From contig JBODTK010000127.1 of the NCBI GenBank assembly GCA_050613775.1, forward strand, positions 248,001 to 312,000: 64,000 nucleotides of DNA, in the 5' to 3' direction. This document shows, one piece after another, positions 59,861 to 64,000 of the stretch (position 1 is the first letter of the stretch; the number at the start of each line of letters is the position of its first letter). The position numbers were made by a program, and so were the translations under genes. This DNA is from Neocallimastix sp. 'constans' (lineage: Eukaryota). A model generated the notes under the pieces. It was not told the DNA's origin, ran no database searches, and saw only the letters and a program-made list of their open reading frames with translations.

Positions 59861-61347
59861 CGTTTATTTTAAAATTAAAGAATTTATATATTTAAAAGTT
59901 GAAAGTTTTATAATAATAATATTTGTAAAAAGTTTTTATAAATATATATATATATATATATATATTATTTATTAAATCTTTATTTTATATAGAAATTAAA
60001 TTAACCAAAATAATATAGTTTTTTTTTTTTTTTTTAATAATTAATATAAAATTAGTTAAGATTAAAATTATAATTATTTATTTTAATAATATAAATATAT
60101 ATTCAATAAAAAAAAAATTCATACTTTAATTTAATAAATAAAAATTATATATATATATATATAAATAAGGGAAAAATTAAAAAAAAAATTTGTTTACCAT
60201 ATATTTTGAGATGAATGTAATAAATATCATTATGAACAGCAATAAATTATCATACAATAGAATAGATTATTTGCAAATAATAATACATTTTTTGAAGGGA
60301 GAAATTATTTCTTTTTTCATGAAACTTTATTAAATAAATAAAAATTTTTAAACCAATGTATTATATATTATATAATTGATATAAAAAATTTTATTTAATG
60401 AATTATTATATTTTTATAATATTTAAAGTTATTTAATTATACCAATAAATTATATGTTTTTTTTAGATTGGGATTAACGATAGGGAGGACAAAAGGACCT
60501 CTAGTATCTCCCCTAAACGTATCAGTTTCGTATTGAATTCTTTGACATATAGTTTCGGTGTCAACTCTAGGCAAGGTTAATATGAAAGATGTTCCATATA
60601 TACCGTTTTATACGACGGCTTCTTTTCAGGGATCTCTTGAAGCATCATCAAGGAGGAATAACTACACTAATTCTCTTATAATCAATTACACTCTACACTG
60701 GCTATTATATATTCTAAAAAACAGGCATACTTATTATATCGATCAAGCACCAATTTTGATTATAGGGAAAAACACCTTAGGAAAATGAAAATAATCCCAT
60801 TTAAATTCAAGAGGTAGTCGATTCAGAAACCTTATGTATGTTAGTCCGAAGTACTAGCACCAGGACAAAAACTGGAAAGACTATATGCAATAGGAATTAT
60901 AAAATTTTTATTATCTGTTTTTTTAAATAAAATCAAAAGAATAAGTTTACAAAATGAAATAATGAATAAATGAAAAAAGTACATATATATAGGTGATTCA
61001 AAAAACATTATAGATATAAACAAATAAATAAACAAATAAACAAATAAATAAATAAAAATATAAACTAAAAAAATGCAAAATATAATAAAATAAAAAAAAA
61101 AATTAAACAAATGAAAATGAAACTGAAACTGAAAAATGAAATGATTTACTTAAAACTATTTATAAAGATTAATTTATCTTTTAGGATTTAATTTGATTTT
61201 AGTTGTAAAATTGGTTAATTTATTACAATTTATACTAGAGAATTAATTAATGGGTGAATTACTACGCAAATAAATTAGAACATCAACTTCCATATAAGAT
61301 TTTATATGTTTATTAAATTGTATTATTAAAATACTTTATTATATTGT

Positions 61348-61398
<51 letters not shown>

Positions 61399-61542
61399 TT
61401 AAATTATAATTTGAAATATTTGTATTTATTTTAACACTTAAATAGATTATATATCCATTGATATCGTTAACAAGATATCACATTTATTATTTATTATTTC
61501 TCCAAAAACATCATTTTTTTTTTAGTTTTTTGTAATTTAGTT

Positions 61543-62323
61543 TTAGCAAGTTTTTTGATATAATGTCATATCACTTGTTTGAGTAATATAATTATTCATT
61601 GCTTTTTGTATATCTTGAGTATTCATATCCATACCTATATTAACATCGCTTGTAATTATATTTTTAGCAAAAACAGCACTTTCTTCTGGTGTCAATTCAT
61701 ATTCCTCCTTTCTATCATTTTCCTTTGAATCCTTATTATTATCAAAAGAACATTTATTGAACACACTTGATTTTAAAGATTTATTTTCTGGATTTTGTAA
61801 TGGAATTATAGATTCATCTTTCAGAATAAGTTTATTATCATTATTAACTTCTTCGATTAACGTTAAAGTCGATTTGAATGGTGGATAAATTTGACCATTC
61901 AACGGTGTATTTTTATTTTCTTCCTCATTATCATAAACATCATAATTACAATTAGCACCAATTAATACTGGAGAATTATTATCATTATTTGTAAAAGGAT
62001 TAATAGCGGGATATGAAGAAGTGCTATCTATATGATCTTCCTTTATATTTAATATTGGAGAATTATTATCATCATTTATAAATGGATTAATGGCAGGATA
62101 TGGAGAAGTGCTAGCTATATGACCTTCTTTTATATTAATATTACTACAATATATAGTATTTGATGAATTGCATACTTCTTGCAAAGTAGTTCCTACTGCT
62201 TAAAAATAATGAAATTCAAAATAAATGAATTATGTATGATAAATTAATACAAAAGATATAATTAAATTAAAATATATAATATAAAAAATATGATGATGAT
62301 GATGACATTATTATTATTATTAC

Positions 62324-62418
<95 letters not shown>

Positions 62419-63686
62419 CAATTACTATTATTATTATTATTAAAATATAAATACTATAGCACATTATTTAATTTTTAAATTTACTTACATGATTTTAAAT
62501 TTACTGGTATATTATTATTTAATTTAGTATTAATAATAGTCAACCAATCTTCCTATTAATTATTATTTAAATATTTATAAAAGACAATAAAATATTAAAT
62601 TTAAGTATACATAAATTATATATTTAATATATTTAAATCTATATATATATAAGTCAAAAATATGTATATAATATGGTGAAAATTAATATGAATACCAAAA
62701 TTTCTGAAGTATCAACACGTATCTGATAAACAATTTGAGATTTATTAGATTTATTTTTTTTTGATTTATTATAATTATTATTATTAGTGATATTGACATT
62801 AGTATTGCTTAGATTATTAGTTGAAATTTCATTTACTTCTGCTAATTCTGAGACAGGAGTTTTTGATACTACATCTGAAGTTGAAGTATTAACAATAATA
62901 CTAAATCTGTATTGTTCTTCATTATTTTTAATATAAGTCGAATTAACCGCAGTAATTCTTGGAGATCTCAGCTGAATACTAGTTTAATTGATTTTAATTT
63001 AATAATAAAAAATAAATAATAAAATAGAATTTCATTATATATTCAATATATATTAAATTTGTACATATATATAAATTAATATTTCTATTATTATGATAAA
63101 TATAAATTTTTATATAATATGTATATAAAATTAAATATTAAATAATATATATAATATATATACCTAAAACTAGTTTTTACTTTTTCAACATTTTTATATG
63201 TATCTTGACCTGCCCTAAATACTTCTTCTCCTGTGCTCTTTTTATGAATTGTATATTGTCTAATAATAGCCTTTGAAATATTTTTTATATTGAAGCAATG
63301 TAAATAACCGGTATCTATATCATTTTCATAATAAAATTTTTAAAATATTTATTATTAATAGTTTTCCATTATTAAAATAAATTTAAATAAAAACAATATA
63401 ATAATGCATTGTTATACATTAATAATGATTTAATTTAAATTCAAATTTCCTTACCAGTTAAAACAAGCCATGAAGGTTTCCAATTACTTGAAAAATAACT
63501 ACCTTGACGATAGACTACACCTTCTCTCAAAATATGAATATTTAATATTTTATAAACGAAATTATCTATTGTACGAGTCGTTGTCCATAAATTATTGGAA
63601 GCAATACTATATTTTTTAGTGAAATAAGAAAATGGTTTATTTGGTGTCATATTCATTATTTCATTGGAAACGTTTTGCAAATTTAT
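61543..63686 (-). CDS. PH-domain protein, possibly Slm1-like; 5' end not located
   Basis: Spliced LREGVVYRQGSYFSSNWKPSWLVLT-DTGYLHCF ... YQIRVDTSEIL-EDWLTIIN; intron phases consistent across five exons. Confidence 0.7.
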
Positions 63687-64000
63687 CTATTAATATAAAT
63701 ATAATTATTATATATATTAAGTATTTATATATATATATAATAAAAAGAAATTTATTCAAATTATATTATTAATATTAATTGACGGTAAAAAAAAATCTTT
63801 TTCTTTTATTAATTTTTGGTAAATATTTTATTCACTTAATATAAATTAAATCATAGAAAATCATTTTAATTTATATTTTTCTATATGTTTTTTAACTTTT
63901 ATTTGCTTTATTGAATTTTAATATATTTAATTTTTAATATAGAAGATATAGATAGATATATATCTTCTTCTAATTTTTAATCCAAATAATATTTAATCTT

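Overview
Extremely AT-rich, intron-containing eukaryotic DNA. The composition, the flagellar gene IFT43 and the transposon types suggest an anaerobic gut fungus (Neocallimastigomycota); this is an inference. Positions 1-13 kb are a nest of Ty3/Gypsy LTR retrotransposons and solo LTRs. Positions 15-37.5 kb hold host genes: USO1/p115, a TAF8-like pseudogene, IFT43, a Pumilio/PUF protein, an unknown 929-aa Q/K-rich repeat protein and RPL38. Positions 39.6-47.4 kb hold a LINE remnant fused to nested Mutator-like elements, and 48.3-53.7 kb is a near-intact Ty1/Copia element. Positions 54-64 kb hold two paralogous 12-cysteine secreted proteins flanking an HSP70 pseudogene, plus a PH-domain gene. The main observation is that the first Gypsy element is cut and rejoined in scrambled order and orientation. 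Four junctions fall exactly on GATC (770, 1861, 2592, 3559), and the three pol joins that can be reconstructed are restored in frame with no bases gained or lost. A fifth GATC junction (40938) fuses a LINE to a MULE transposase. This is either an in vivo restriction-like rearrangement of transposons or a DpnII/MboI/Sau3AI library chimera; raw long reads would decide.
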